A model generated the notes under the pieces. The model was not told where the DNA came from. It searched no databases and saw nothing but the letters and a program-made list of their open reading frames with translations. 64,000 nucleotides of DNA from an uncultured Acidobacteriota bacterium. Its GTDB lineage: Bacteria > Acidobacteriota > Terriglobia > Acidiferrales > UBA7541. Position numbers and translations under genes: made by a program. This document shows, one piece after another, positions 23,928-32,605 of this stretch (positions within the stretch are counted from its first letter, which is position 1; every line of letters begins with the position of its first letter). The stretch is taken from positions 144,338-208,337 of the forward strand of contig CAVPFK010000024.1 in the NCBI GenBank assembly GCA_963703705.1, in the 5' to 3' direction.

Positions 23928-25790
23928 CTATTTCAGAGGGGGAGCGGGAACGATTGGTAAACGACGCGGTTCGCCGTGGAAACCTCGGACTTCGATTTCA
24001 TCCAGAAGCAGCGAAGGCGCCACAACCGTGCTGGGAATTCCGCCCTGAGCGGAACCGAATGATCCGAGAGCGGTCCCGGCAAAACCGCCGGCGGGATTCT
24101 GCATGTAGGTCACTACCGTGCTGTCGCCGCCGATCCCAAGGATGTTCCGCAAGGAACGAAGAGTGAGCCCTTCAATGTGGCCTCCGCGAACCATTTCCTC
24201 ACGGCCATCGGCAACGTATACGCGATAAACGGTTAAGGGCATGCGTTCGCCGCTGGAAAGACCGCCGGCGATAGCACCGATGAACTCGTTGAAATCCTCC
24301 TGGCGGATGGAGGAAAGCGCCGGATTGTCCATGCGTTTCACCTCCAGGCACCATTCGTGGCCGTCGTTATGGCATGCATCGATGAATTTCTTCTTCAGCG
24401 CGGCGGCGCCCAGCGGATCGCTGGCCTGGAACACGAGATTGCTGGCGAGCGGCACTGTGTCGGAGAGGTTTGCAGAGCGCGCGTGCCCATTTGATTTTTG
24501 GAAATCGGGGCCCGGCCGGCGGGACATCAGCAGGTCCCTAAGAATTCCGTTATCGACGATGGTCACCCGTTCGGCTTTCACGCCTTCGTCATCTACCGCG
24601 TAATTACCCAACAAGGTTTTCCCTTGAAAGTCTTTCGAGGTGGGGTCGTCCACAAGCGTGACATCGGCTGGAAGGACTCTGGTCCCCACGCGTCCAGTCC
24701 ATTCGCTGCGCCCGCCGAAGCGCTCCATGATTGCTTCGAAGCTCGATCCCATCGAAAGCGGCGGACGCGCTCCAGACAACGACGGCGCCAGCACTTGCGA
24801 GAGAACCGAGCCGGCCGCAGGCGCGTCGAAAAGCACGGGGCCGGTGTAATCCGGAACCAGCGGACTCGCACGCAGCATCATGAGTTCGGTTCCAGTTTGC
24901 GCCAGGGATTTGCTCAAGGCCTCCGGGTCCGGGAGATCGGTTGGCCGCGCGACATACACGGAATAAAAATTATGCAGCAGCATGCCGTCGTCGGCTTGCG
25001 TGTCGAGAGCCGCTTCAATAGCGGCGAGGCTACGCGACGTTCGCAGCGTGGTGCCCTCGCTGTTCATCAGGTAGTAGGTGACGTACACCATGTAGTAGTT
25101 CACTCGCGAGCCATTGAGCTGAGGTAAATCCTTTAGAACTTCAGAAGCTTTGCGCGCTTCTTCTTCCCAGCTGCGCGAGGTCCAATCCGGATCGACGCGC
25201 GGATCAATCTGCTGGGCTGGCGTGGCCTGCGAGAAATCGTCAATCTCCGGGGGCTTGGTCAAGCTGCGTAGAAAGGCCTGCTTGAGCGACATCTGTGTGA
25301 CCGCTTGCTTGTACGCCTGGTCGGTGGCGAGCCACAAATCCTGGCGAAGCGAATTGTAGTCGCGGTCGATTCCGACTTCGCCGGTGGAACCGAGAAAACC
25401 TTGAAAGCCCTCTTCGCTGATGAAATTCGAGCTGTCCAGGTGATAGTCGCCAACACGAACATCCACACTCATAAAGCGGTTGCGCGTGGTGGAAGTATTA
25501 ATCAGCGACCCGAACGAAGCGGTCACAGCGCGGACGTCTAAGTCCATCAAACGGTATTCGATATAAAAAGGCTTGCTTACGCCGGGTAGTTGCAACCGCG
25601 TGCGCGCTCGCTCCATTTCATCGTGCATGGCGTGAAGCGTTTGATCCTCTTCGCTGGAGGGCACGGGTGCTTGAGCGCGAGCGACAACCGGCGTAGCGGC
25701 GTGTTTTGGAGGAGCGGGCACTCCCGCGGACAGCGGAATCGCAAACGCCGCAATCGAAGCCATCATTGAGAATTTCTTCAAGGCTGTCAT
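23928..25790 (-). CDS. TldD/PmbA-family protein, PmbA-like (no HExxxH seen), signal peptide
   Basis: 620 aa with signal MMASIAAFAIPLSAG. It shows overall TldD/PmbA-like similarity to the upstream gene. Its start overlaps the upstream stop (ATGA at 25787-25790). Confidence 0.75.
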   Translation of the reverse strand: MTALKKFSMMASIAAFAIPLSAGVPAPPKHAATPVVARAQAPVPSSEEDQTLHAMHDEMERARTRLQLPGVSKPFYIEYRLMDLDVRAVTASFGSLINTSTTRNRFMSVDVRVGDYHLDSSNFISEEGFQGFLGSTGEVGIDRDYNSLRQDLWLATDQAYKQAVTQMSLKQAFLRSLTKPPEIDDFSQATPAQQIDPRVDPDWTSRSWEEEARKASEVLKDLPQLNGSRVNYYMVYVTYYLMNSEGTTLRTSRSLAAIEAALDTQADDGMLLHNFYSVYVARPTDLPDPEALSKSLAQTGTELMMLRASPLVPDYTGPVLFDAPAAGSVLSQVLAPSLSGARPPLSMGSSFEAIMERFGGRSEWTGRVGTRVLPADVTLVDDPTSKDFQGKTLLGNYAVDDEGVKAERVTIVDNGILRDLLMSRRPGPDFQKSNGHARSANLSDTVPLASNLVFQASDPLGAAALKKKFIDACHNDGHEWCLEVKRMDNPALSSIRQEDFNEFIGAIAGGLSSGERMPLTVYRVYVADGREEMVRGGHIEGLTLRSLRNILGIGGDSTVVTYMQNPAGGFAGTALGSFGSAQGGIPSTVVAPSLLLDEIEVRGFHGEPRRLPIVPAPPLK

Positions 25791-27550
25791 TCCTTTGATT
25801 GCGAAGTACGTTCCGCGGTTTTATCCGCAGACGGGTAATTTCCGGCCGGGTCATGCGCCGGTGGCGGAAGGATGGGCGGCTTGTCCGTGGAAGTCTCCTT
25901 TTTTTGCACTTCCATTTCAGAGATCAAGATCGCGGGAGCTACGGCCGACACCGGCACGGAACCAGATTCAGCTCCACAGTAGCCGTTAAAAATATCGGGC
26001 GTGTCGCCGGTGGCCACGATTTTCGTCAACGAGACTAGCGGCGTGCCCACAATATCGACTCCTCGGACCAGTTGATCGGGGCGGCCGTCGGGAAACACTT
26101 TGTAAACCACCAGCGGAAGTACTTGAAACGCTTGCGGCTGAGACCGTCCGGTAAAGGTGAAGCCGCCGGCGATATCGTCGATCAGCAGGCCGAAGGGTTT
26201 TCCTTGCTGTTTGACGAGTTCGATTAGCTTTTGGCGCAGTTGCGCGTCGGTCAAGGTTTTCGAACTCGAGACGATCAGGTTTCCCTGCCGCGCAACTGGA
26301 ACATATCCGAGTTGGCGCCGGCCGTGGCCATTCGATTCTGGAATGGTCACTAGCGGCGAGCGTGACATCAGGAAAGTTTTCAATACCCCGTGGTCCACCA
26401 GCGAAACGTTTTCGCCCGGCACTCCTTCATCATCGAACTTATAGTTGCCCAGCAGCATCTGGCCGCCAAAGGCGGCTTCGGTGGGATCGTCTTTGATGGA
26501 AATAAATGCCGGGAGAATCTGTTCGCCGACCTTGCTGGTAAAAGTCTGGCCTTCGTTTATGTCCTTCTGGCGAAATCCTTCGGCGCGGTGACCGAAAACT
26601 TCGTGAAAGAAAACCGCGGCGGCGCGACCGGTTAGGAGCGCGGGCCCGGCGTAGGGTTCAACCAACGGAGCCTGATCCAGGGCTTCCGTTTCGGCAATCA
26701 TGGTCTTAATGCGTTCAAAGACCACTTTATCCGTGGGGATATCTTTGGGATCGAGCCAATCGAAATTGGCGTAGCGGTTAATGTCCATGCCGTCGGGCGC
26801 TTTGCTCTGAACGTAGAGCTCGAGTCGGTAATGCACTTGTCCGAACGCGAGCTTGGTGCCTTCCGTATTCGCTTGGTACTGATTCATGCCGAGAGCTGTG
26901 AAGGTAGCGATGGAATTGAGAACCGCGGGTGATTTGCTGAATGCAGCGGTATATCTCCGCACGCGTTCTTCCCAGGGCTTGCGATCAACTTTAATTTCGA
27001 CGCGCGGCCCGATCGAGACATGGGGTTTCTCGCGCGAAAAATCCGGGGCGTTGCCTTCGGCGGTTTGTACTTGAACTTGTTGGCTGGTTTCAACCTTGAT
27101 CAGCGCTTCGGTAGCCGCGCGGTATTGCCGGTCGGTTTCGCGCCAAATTTCACGGCGGAGCACGGCGATGTCGTTGTCAAGCGCCATGGTGGTTCCTGGA
27201 CTGGTCCAGCTGGGAGGACGGTCGCCGAGCTTGTGCGTGTCATCGAGTTGATAGGTACCCACCCTGGTTTGCACTTCGAGCCAACGTGCGCTGTTGTCCG
27301 TGCTCGATAGCAGAGCGCCGTTTGAGCCGGACACTTCGGAATATTGCCTGTCCGCGACCGTATAGCTGATGAAGTAATCGGGCGGCTCGGATTTCGAGAT
27401 TCCCGCCATCGAGCGATCGAGCTCTTCCTGCATCGCGGTAAGCACAGGGGGGGTCGCTGTCGCCGGTTTCGCGTCGCCGGCAATGCAAACCCAGGCGGTG
27501 AGCAAGATAGCCGCTGCGGTAAATAGAGTATTCTTCAGTTTAGTTTTCAT
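25787..27550 (-). CDS. TldD-like metallopeptidase with signal peptide
   Basis: 587 aa with signal LFTAAAILLTAWVCIAG. The zinc motif is FFHEVFGHRAEG. The C-terminal TldD/PmbA fold motif reads GYCGAESGSVPVS. Confidence 0.8.
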   Translation of the reverse strand: MKTKLKNTLFTAAAILLTAWVCIAGDAKPATATPPVLTAMQEELDRSMAGISKSEPPDYFISYTVADRQYSEVSGSNGALLSSTDNSARWLEVQTRVGTYQLDDTHKLGDRPPSWTSPGTTMALDNDIAVLRREIWRETDRQYRAATEALIKVETSQQVQVQTAEGNAPDFSREKPHVSIGPRVEIKVDRKPWEERVRRYTAAFSKSPAVLNSIATFTALGMNQYQANTEGTKLAFGQVHYRLELYVQSKAPDGMDINRYANFDWLDPKDIPTDKVVFERIKTMIAETEALDQAPLVEPYAGPALLTGRAAAVFFHEVFGHRAEGFRQKDINEGQTFTSKVGEQILPAFISIKDDPTEAAFGGQMLLGNYKFDDEGVPGENVSLVDHGVLKTFLMSRSPLVTIPESNGHGRRQLGYVPVARQGNLIVSSSKTLTDAQLRQKLIELVKQQGKPFGLLIDDIAGGFTFTGRSQPQAFQVLPLVVYKVFPDGRPDQLVRGVDIVGTPLVSLTKIVATGDTPDIFNGYCGAESGSVPVSAVAPAILISEMEVQKKETSTDKPPILPPPAHDPAGNYPSADKTAERTSQSKE

Positions 27551-27660
27551 GGTTGCACAAAGCCTTACAGTTTAAGATAGGAGGCCTCGAATCCAAAATG
27601 AAAAGCCGCGAAATGGACACATCCGGAGCGGAAACAGCGTAGCGGCGCAAGGAGAGTTAG

Positions 27661-28698
27661 ATGCGGGCCATGGTCGTAAGGAAGTATGGGGCGCCCGAGG
27701 TTTTTGAGGCTCGCGAGGTCCCCGACCCGCAACCCAAACCGGGTGAAGTGTTGATCCGCGTGAAAGCGATCGGCGTAAACTTCGCCGACCTTCTGCAGCG
27801 AATGGGAATTTACCCTGGAACGCCCAAGCCGCCGTTTGTGCCCGGCCTGGAAATTGCCGGTGTGGTTGAGAAAATCTCCGATGGCGGCGGCAGACCGGCG
27901 GAAGGCGAGCGGCTGAGAATTGGCGAAGCGGTAGCTGCGCTCACGAATTTCAATGCGTATGCGGCCTGGGTCGCGGTCCCGGCGCATCAGGTCTATCGCC
28001 TTCCCGCGAGTATGCCATTTGAGGATGCCGCCGCCATCCCGGGGAATTATTTGACCGCTTATCACTCGATCGTTACGATGGGCAATCTGCAGCCAGGCGA
28101 CAGAATTCTTATTCATGGCGCCGCCGGCGGCGTCGGTATTGCCGCGGTGCAGCTTGCCAAGGCGCGCGGGCTTGTAATTTTCGGGACAGCCGGGCCTACC
28201 AAGCAGGAATATCTTCGAAAAATCGGCGTAGATCACGGAATCGATTACCAGAAACACGATTTTGTCGAGGTGGTGCGCAAATTCGCCCCGGACGGAATCG
28301 AGATGGTAATGGATCCGATTGGCGGGAAATCCTTTTCCCGAAGTTATAAGTGCCTCGGTTCCACCGGCCGGCTCGTGGTGTACGGTCTGTCTTCTGCTGC
28401 GGGACCGGGGGGGAAAAGAAGCTTGATACGCGGAGCCACAGCGCTGGCCCAGACTCCGCGATTTCATCCGCTGAAACTGATGAGCGGCAATATCTCGGTG
28501 ATCGGCGTGAACCTCGGCCGATTGCAGACGCGCGGGCCGTTGTTGCGCGCCGAGCTCGATGAGATTTTCCGCTTGTACGCAGCGGGTAAGATCAAACCTG
28601 TGATCGGCAAGTCTTTTCCCTTGGCGGAGGCCGCGGCGGCTCATAGATTTATTCAAGAGCGGAAAAACATCGGCAAGGTGATTTTGACCGTGAAATGA
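27661..28698 (+). CDS. Zinc-type alcohol dehydrogenase superfamily / NADPH:quinone oxidoreductase-like (MDR)
   Basis: MRAMVVRKYGAPEVFEAREVPDPQPKPGEVLIRVKAIGVNFADLL...HGAAGGVGIAAVQLAK (Rossmann GxxGxxG). Confidence 0.85.
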   Translation: MRAMVVRKYGAPEVFEAREVPDPQPKPGEVLIRVKAIGVNFADLLQRMGIYPGTPKPPFVPGLEIAGVVEKISDGGGRPAEGERLRIGEAVAALTNFNAYAAWVAVPAHQVYRLPASMPFEDAAAIPGNYLTAYHSIVTMGNLQPGDRILIHGAAGGVGIAAVQLAKARGLVIFGTAGPTKQEYLRKIGVDHGIDYQKHDFVEVVRKFAPDGIEMVMDPIGGKSFSRSYKCLGSTGRLVVYGLSSAAGPGGKRSLIRGATALAQTPRFHPLKLMSGNISVIGVNLGRLQTRGPLLRAELDEIFRLYAAGKIKPVIGKSFPLAEAAAAHRFIQERKNIGKVILTVK

Positions 28699-28707
28699 AC
28701 TGGAACG

Positions 28708-29487
28708 TCACTGGGCGGCGGGCTTGGCGAATAGAGACTCGTCAATTTTGGGATTGAGCTGGACGTTCTGGATCGTCGATTCGAAGAATTTTGCTCCATC
28801 GCGGTAGGTGACTGTGGAAAACGCGAACAATCGGCCTTCGACTGTGCGGTAATCGCTCCAGCGCTGTTCGTTGTCCGAAGTACCGTGCGGTCCGGCGGAT
28901 TCATATCGCGCCGCGGAAAGCAGATGCGTAGCGGGATCAAAGTAAAGCTTCAATGGGCCGAAGGCTCCCTCTACTGCTACACCGAGCATGTTCTTTCCAT
29001 CAATGTCGGTTTCTCCGATAAATTGTCCGTTCATTTTTCCCGCAAGCACTTGCTCGTAAATTCCCCATCCGCCTCCAAAAAGGGAAATGCCGCGTTTGAA
29101 CTCCGAGATTACGGGCGTGGTGTCACGGATACCCTGGGAAAATTGCAACCATGCGGAGGTACCGTCGCAAACCTGAACGACGTCCTGATCCCCGTAAAGC
29201 ACTTCCCCATGGGAACGATCGGGGTATGCCACGATCCACTTCACAGCCAGCGATGTATCTCCTTGCGCAGTGATGATTTTTCCTTTCTCTTCGATTGCAA
29301 GCGTCGCTACGGAATTTAGCTTTTCGCCACCACCGGCGGCCTTTGCCGCCGCAAGCAACACTTCATTACCCCGCTTGGCCGCGTCGCTCGCGCCGGCGGC
29401 AGATTGGGTACCTTGCGTGCTTGCAACCAACGCGGAGGGCAGGGCTAGAAGACAAAAAATTGCGCCGGATCGTATCCACTTGGTCAT
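28708..29487 (-). CDS. Secreted hypothetical protein (possibly LolA-like fold)
   Basis: 259 aa with signal GAIFCLLALPSALVAS. I recognise no diagnostic motif, so the fold suggestion is weak. Confidence 0.55.
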   Translation of the reverse strand: MTKWIRSGAIFCLLALPSALVASTQGTQSAAGASDAAKRGNEVLLAAAKAAGGGEKLNSVATLAIEEKGKIITAQGDTSLAVKWIVAYPDRSHGEVLYGDQDVVQVCDGTSAWLQFSQGIRDTTPVISEFKRGISLFGGGWGIYEQVLAGKMNGQFIGETDIDGKNMLGVAVEGAFGPLKLYFDPATHLLSAARYESAGPHGTSDNEQRWSDYRTVEGRLFAFSTVTYRDGAKFFESTIQNVQLNPKIDESLFAKPAAQ

Positions 29488-29663
29488 ATTGGAATTGTCT
29501 CCTGTTAATAGTGGTTAGACGTCTGCCAGGAAAAAACGATTAGCTCGCAACTTCCGGGCGGTAATTGCGCCAGGAATCCAGTTGCGTTGCTCTGATGGAA
29601 CAAGCCTTTTCGCAGAACCCTCCAGGATGGATCCGTATCGTAAAATCAGGTGAAGAGGCGCCC

Positions 29664-30041
29664 ATGAAAAGCATGGCAGCAATTCTCGTCACGGTCGTGG
29701 TTTCACTTCTGATTTACAAATATTACTTTGGGAAGGCCGAGTCGGACGGAGCCGGAACGCCTGCGCAGACCATCAATGTTGTTGGCGTAAAGAACGATCT
29801 GATCACCATTGGGCAGTCTGAACGCGCCTACCAGGCCGAACACGGCAGCTATGCTTCCTTAGACGACCTTACCTCGAACGGCGCGCTCACCTTCGACAAG
29901 CGGGGCCGTCAAGGCTACACATACGAGATTCAGAATCCGTCCGGCGGGTTTCGCGTGGTCGCGCACTGCCCCGCTGCCACGAATCCAGGCTGTAGCGATT
30001 ACTTCATCGATCAGAGCATGGAAGTTCAAGTCGCGCAGTAA
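29664..30041 (+). CDS. Membrane-anchored pilin-like small protein
   Basis: ATG at 29664 follows GAAGAGG. There is an N-terminal TM (AAILVTVVVSLLIYKYYF). IGQSERAYQAEHGSYASLDDL resembles a pilin/pseudopilin core, but no prepilin G-F-T motif is present. Confidence 0.5.
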   Translation: MKSMAAILVTVVVSLLIYKYYFGKAESDGAGTPAQTINVVGVKNDLITIGQSERAYQAEHGSYASLDDLTSNGALTFDKRGRQGYTYEIQNPSGGFRVVAHCPAATNPGCSDYFIDQSMEVQVAQ

Positions 30042-30170
30042 TTTGGGGTAGCTGTTGCCCGTCTTGCGCGGCCATTTGCTCCCGCCCCAGAAATTGAAGG
30101 AACATCTGAAAGCCCTTCTGCGTATCTTGGCATGAAGTTCAAGAAGCTGAAAAAACAGAGGAGGCTTGGC

Positions 30171-30521
30171 ATGGAACCGATCGGATTCATTGCTGTGGTG
30201 CTGGCGTTTTCGGTGCCGCTTGCCGGCATTTTCGCGTGGTATCGCGTTCGAAAGCTTAAGACCGAAGAGCGCCTGGCGGCTATCGCCAAGGGAGTTTCCG
30301 TACCCATCGGTGGGGAGCTGCCACCGCACGCACGTTCGCGGCACGCGGCGATTTTGCTGGTAGCCGGCGGGCTGGGTTATATGCTGACGTTCGTGCTGTT
30401 GGCAAGATTCGACACAGATGCGATGCAAGCCGCGGTTTTTGGCATCATTCCCATTTCGATCGGGATCGGTTATTTCATTGATGCCGTGCTTGTGCGGCGC
30501 GAGCTTCGACCGTCTGCGTAA
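30171..30521 (+). CDS. Small integral membrane protein (3 TM), unknown function
   Basis: I preferred ATG at 30171 (GGAGG 7 nt upstream) over the listed 30132. The protein is hydrophobic: MEPIGFIAVVLAFSVPLAGIFAWY... Confidence 0.5.
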   Translation: MEPIGFIAVVLAFSVPLAGIFAWYRVRKLKTEERLAAIAKGVSVPIGGELPPHARSRHAAILLVAGGLGYMLTFVLLARFDTDAMQAAVFGIIPISIGIGYFIDAVLVRRELRPSA

Positions 30522-30555
30522 TTTGGTCTGGTCCCTCATCAGCTGAGGTTCTGAG

Positions 30556-30753
30556 CTATGGCGCGCGCTTCTGGTCGGCAACGGTTACGCCCGCTTCCGC
30601 GTAATCGGTTGCCGGCAAATCAACGAACGTCACCTGAATATTCTCGCGCTTCGCTTTTCCATCTTCGACCAAGATTTGCGTGATGCGCTCGGCCAATTTT
30701 CGTTTTTGTTCGGGCGTGCGTCCTTCCACCCAGGTCACCTGTACGTATGGCAG
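30556..30753 (-). CDS. 4-oxalocrotonate tautomerase family protein, proposed CTG start
   Basis: (L/M)PYVQVTWVEGRTPEQKRKLAERITQILVEDGKAKRENIQVTFVDLPATDY matches the 4-OT family, which needs an N-terminal Pro1. CTG at 30751-30753 (minus strand) is preceded by GAGGAGG. Confidence 0.6.
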   Translation of the reverse strand: MPYVQVTWVEGRTPEQKRKLAERITQILVEDGKAKRENIQVTFVDLPATDYAEAGVTVADQKRAP

Positions 30754-30914
30754 AAAGCCTCCTCGATATTTCGCCCGCATTCTACCGGGAATTGGTCGCT
30801 GAGAGAACGCTTCAGTGCAATGAAGAATCAAATGGAGACAGATCATCCCACTCAGCTATCGCTGGTTCCACCCACTGCGTGCCCCTCGCGGCGATCGATG
30901 CGCGTGACGCCGCG

Positions 30915-31412
30915 CTATGCCATGCGAGCGGCTTGGGTGGGGAGTTTTGTACCGCAGTGAGGGCAGTTGGCCCAGCCGCGCTCTACGCCGCGGCCGCAAT
31001 TCGGGCAAGTGGCTTGAAGCGCTGTGCCACAGTGCGGACAGAAGACAAATCCTGAGGGAACATCCTGAGAGCAGCCGGGGCACGGCTTCGGCACCGCAGT
31101 GCGCAAGATGAAGTACAAAATGATGCCGATACCGTCCGGGATGAAAATCGCCAGCAGCGTCCACATCACATAACGCATGCCGCGGCGTTTTGCGTCGCCA
31201 TACACGTAACCCGCAAGCAACACATAAGCGAGCAGAAAGAGCGGAACGCCAAGAGAAAACAGCAGCTGCAAGCTGGGATCCCACTGGCGCATGTGGTTAT
31301 CGCTCGGCAACGCAACGGTGAACAGAAGCAATCCCGCTCCAACGTAAACGAGCAAACCGATAATCCAAGCAATCCGCGGAATCACCCGCAATTCTTTCTG
31401 AAATCGGCTCAT
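30915..31412 (-). CDS. Membrane protein with PLDc_N-like TM pair and C-terminal double zinc ribbon
   Basis: The start MSRFQKEL overlaps the anti-sigma stop (ATGA). The TM-pair region reads YVYGDAKRRGMRYVMWTLLAIFIPDGIGIILYFILR. The zinc ribbons read CPGCSQ...CPHCG...CPNCG...CPHCG. Confidence 0.7.
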   Translation of the reverse strand: MSRFQKELRVIPRIAWIIGLLVYVGAGLLLFTVALPSDNHMRQWDPSLQLLFSLGVPLFLLAYVLLAGYVYGDAKRRGMRYVMWTLLAIFIPDGIGIILYFILRTAVPKPCPGCSQDVPSGFVFCPHCGTALQATCPNCGRGVERGWANCPHCGTKLPTQAARMA

Positions 31413-31882
31413 GCCAAGCTCCTCTCGCGCCGCTGCTGAAGTGACAAGAACACGGCCGCCGCACCACCCGTCATCCAAACGATGGTCGTAAAGATTGCGA
31501 ATCCCAGCCAGGCATGGTTCAACCCGGGGTCCAACATTCCCAACAAGCCTCCGCTCACGAGCCGAACGATGGGCCAGCTAATCAGCGTCAGCGCCCAAGC
31601 AAATAAAATGACGCCCATCATCACAATGCGGTGCCAGCGATGTTCGGCTTCTTCCGCGAACCGGATGGCGGCGCGCGCGCGCGCCCGTTCCACGATCAGC
31701 GGCCGGGGCTGCGGTGTCGGCAGTCGGCGCATCCCAGCCGCCAGAAGACGCCAACCGTCGAGATCGGACGAACACGCCGTGCAAGATCGCACGTGAGTCA
31801 TCACTTGCTCCTCTTCGTTGCGCGTGAGCGCGTCTGCTGCCGCCAGAGCCAGCAGCTCCCGGATTTTTTCATGATTGCTCAT
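31409..31882 (-). CDS. Anti-sigma factor (zf-HC2 type), membrane-spanning
   Basis: The putative zinc-finger motif is HVRSCTACSSDLDGW, followed by two or three TM helices. ATG at 31882 overlaps the sigma-factor stop as ATGA. The ORF track lists 31888. Confidence 0.7.
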   Translation of the reverse strand: MSNHEKIRELLALAAADALTRNEEEQVMTHVRSCTACSSDLDGWRLLAAGMRRLPTPQPRPLIVERARARAAIRFAEEAEHRWHRIVMMGVILFAWALTLISWPIVRLVSGGLLGMLDPGLNHAWLGFAIFTTIVWMTGGAAAVFLSLQQRRERSLA

Positions 31883-32496
31883 TGCCATACTTCTCCCGGG
31901 TAATTCGTCTCCAGAGTTTGACGCAGCCTCTCGAGCGCGCGGCGCAATCTCGTCTTCACCGTTGACACCGGTATATCGATCACCTCGGCGATATCTTCGA
32001 GCTTCATCTCTTCCTCGAATCGCAAGGTGAGAACCTCCCGCTGCACCACGGGAAGAAGTTCAAGCGCCTGAGCCAGTCGGCTGGTGCGTTCGCGCTCCAC
32101 GATTCCATCGAGGACGGGACGCTCGCCCGACGGCAAACGAGTGGCCGCGGATTCCCCGGGGGCGCCTGCTATAGGTTCGTCCAAACTTGCCGGCCGGATC
32201 CTACGCAGGTGATCGATCGCAAGATTTCGCGCCACGGTGAACAGCCAAGCCTCGAAATTGCGTTTTGCATCATACTGTTTGATCTTCTCCGCCACGCGGA
32301 TCCAGGTTTGTTGGAACAGATCTTCGGCCTCCGCCGGTTCACGCACCATGCGCAGTAAATACCGGTAGAGACGGTTCTGATAGCGGGCGAGCAGCGCCGA
32401 AAGCGCGTCCAGGTCCCCGCGCTGTAGCTGGGCTACTTCGCTCTCGAGCCCCACACGCCCCTCCCACCAGATGGATGCGCCGCCTATCATATCCAT
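31879..32496 (-). CDS. ECF-type RNA polymerase sigma-70 factor
   Basis: The region 2 motif reads YRYLLRMVREPAEAEDLFQQTWIRV...WLFTVARNLAIDHLRR. The region 4 motif reads REVLTLRFEEEMKLEDIAEVIDIPVSTVKTRLRRALERLR. Confidence 0.85.
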   Translation of the reverse strand: MDMIGGASIWWEGRVGLESEVAQLQRGDLDALSALLARYQNRLYRYLLRMVREPAEAEDLFQQTWIRVAEKIKQYDAKRNFEAWLFTVARNLAIDHLRRIRPASLDEPIAGAPGESAATRLPSGERPVLDGIVERERTSRLAQALELLPVVQREVLTLRFEEEMKLEDIAEVIDIPVSTVKTRLRRALERLRQTLETNYPGEVWQ

Positions 32497-32605
32497 ACTA
32501 CGGATGAGGGCTTAGAAAAGACTCAGCCCGCGTGCCAGGAAAGGGGCTGCAAATCCCGTGCTATCAGCGAGGTTAGCCCGCGCCGTGTGTTAGAATATTC
32601 AGACA

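Noticed and set aside
27565-28656. Long ORFs of 250-365 aa antisense to confidently assigned genes: 27565..28656, 61268..62365, 56907..57839, 15545..16576, 10660..11406, 20949..21851, 2348..3046.
   Set aside because: Their translations are Arg/Pro/Gly/Ala/Ser-rich and contain no recognisable motifs. Each lies opposite a gene with strong family signatures. Stop-poor antisense frames are expected in GC-rich DNA.
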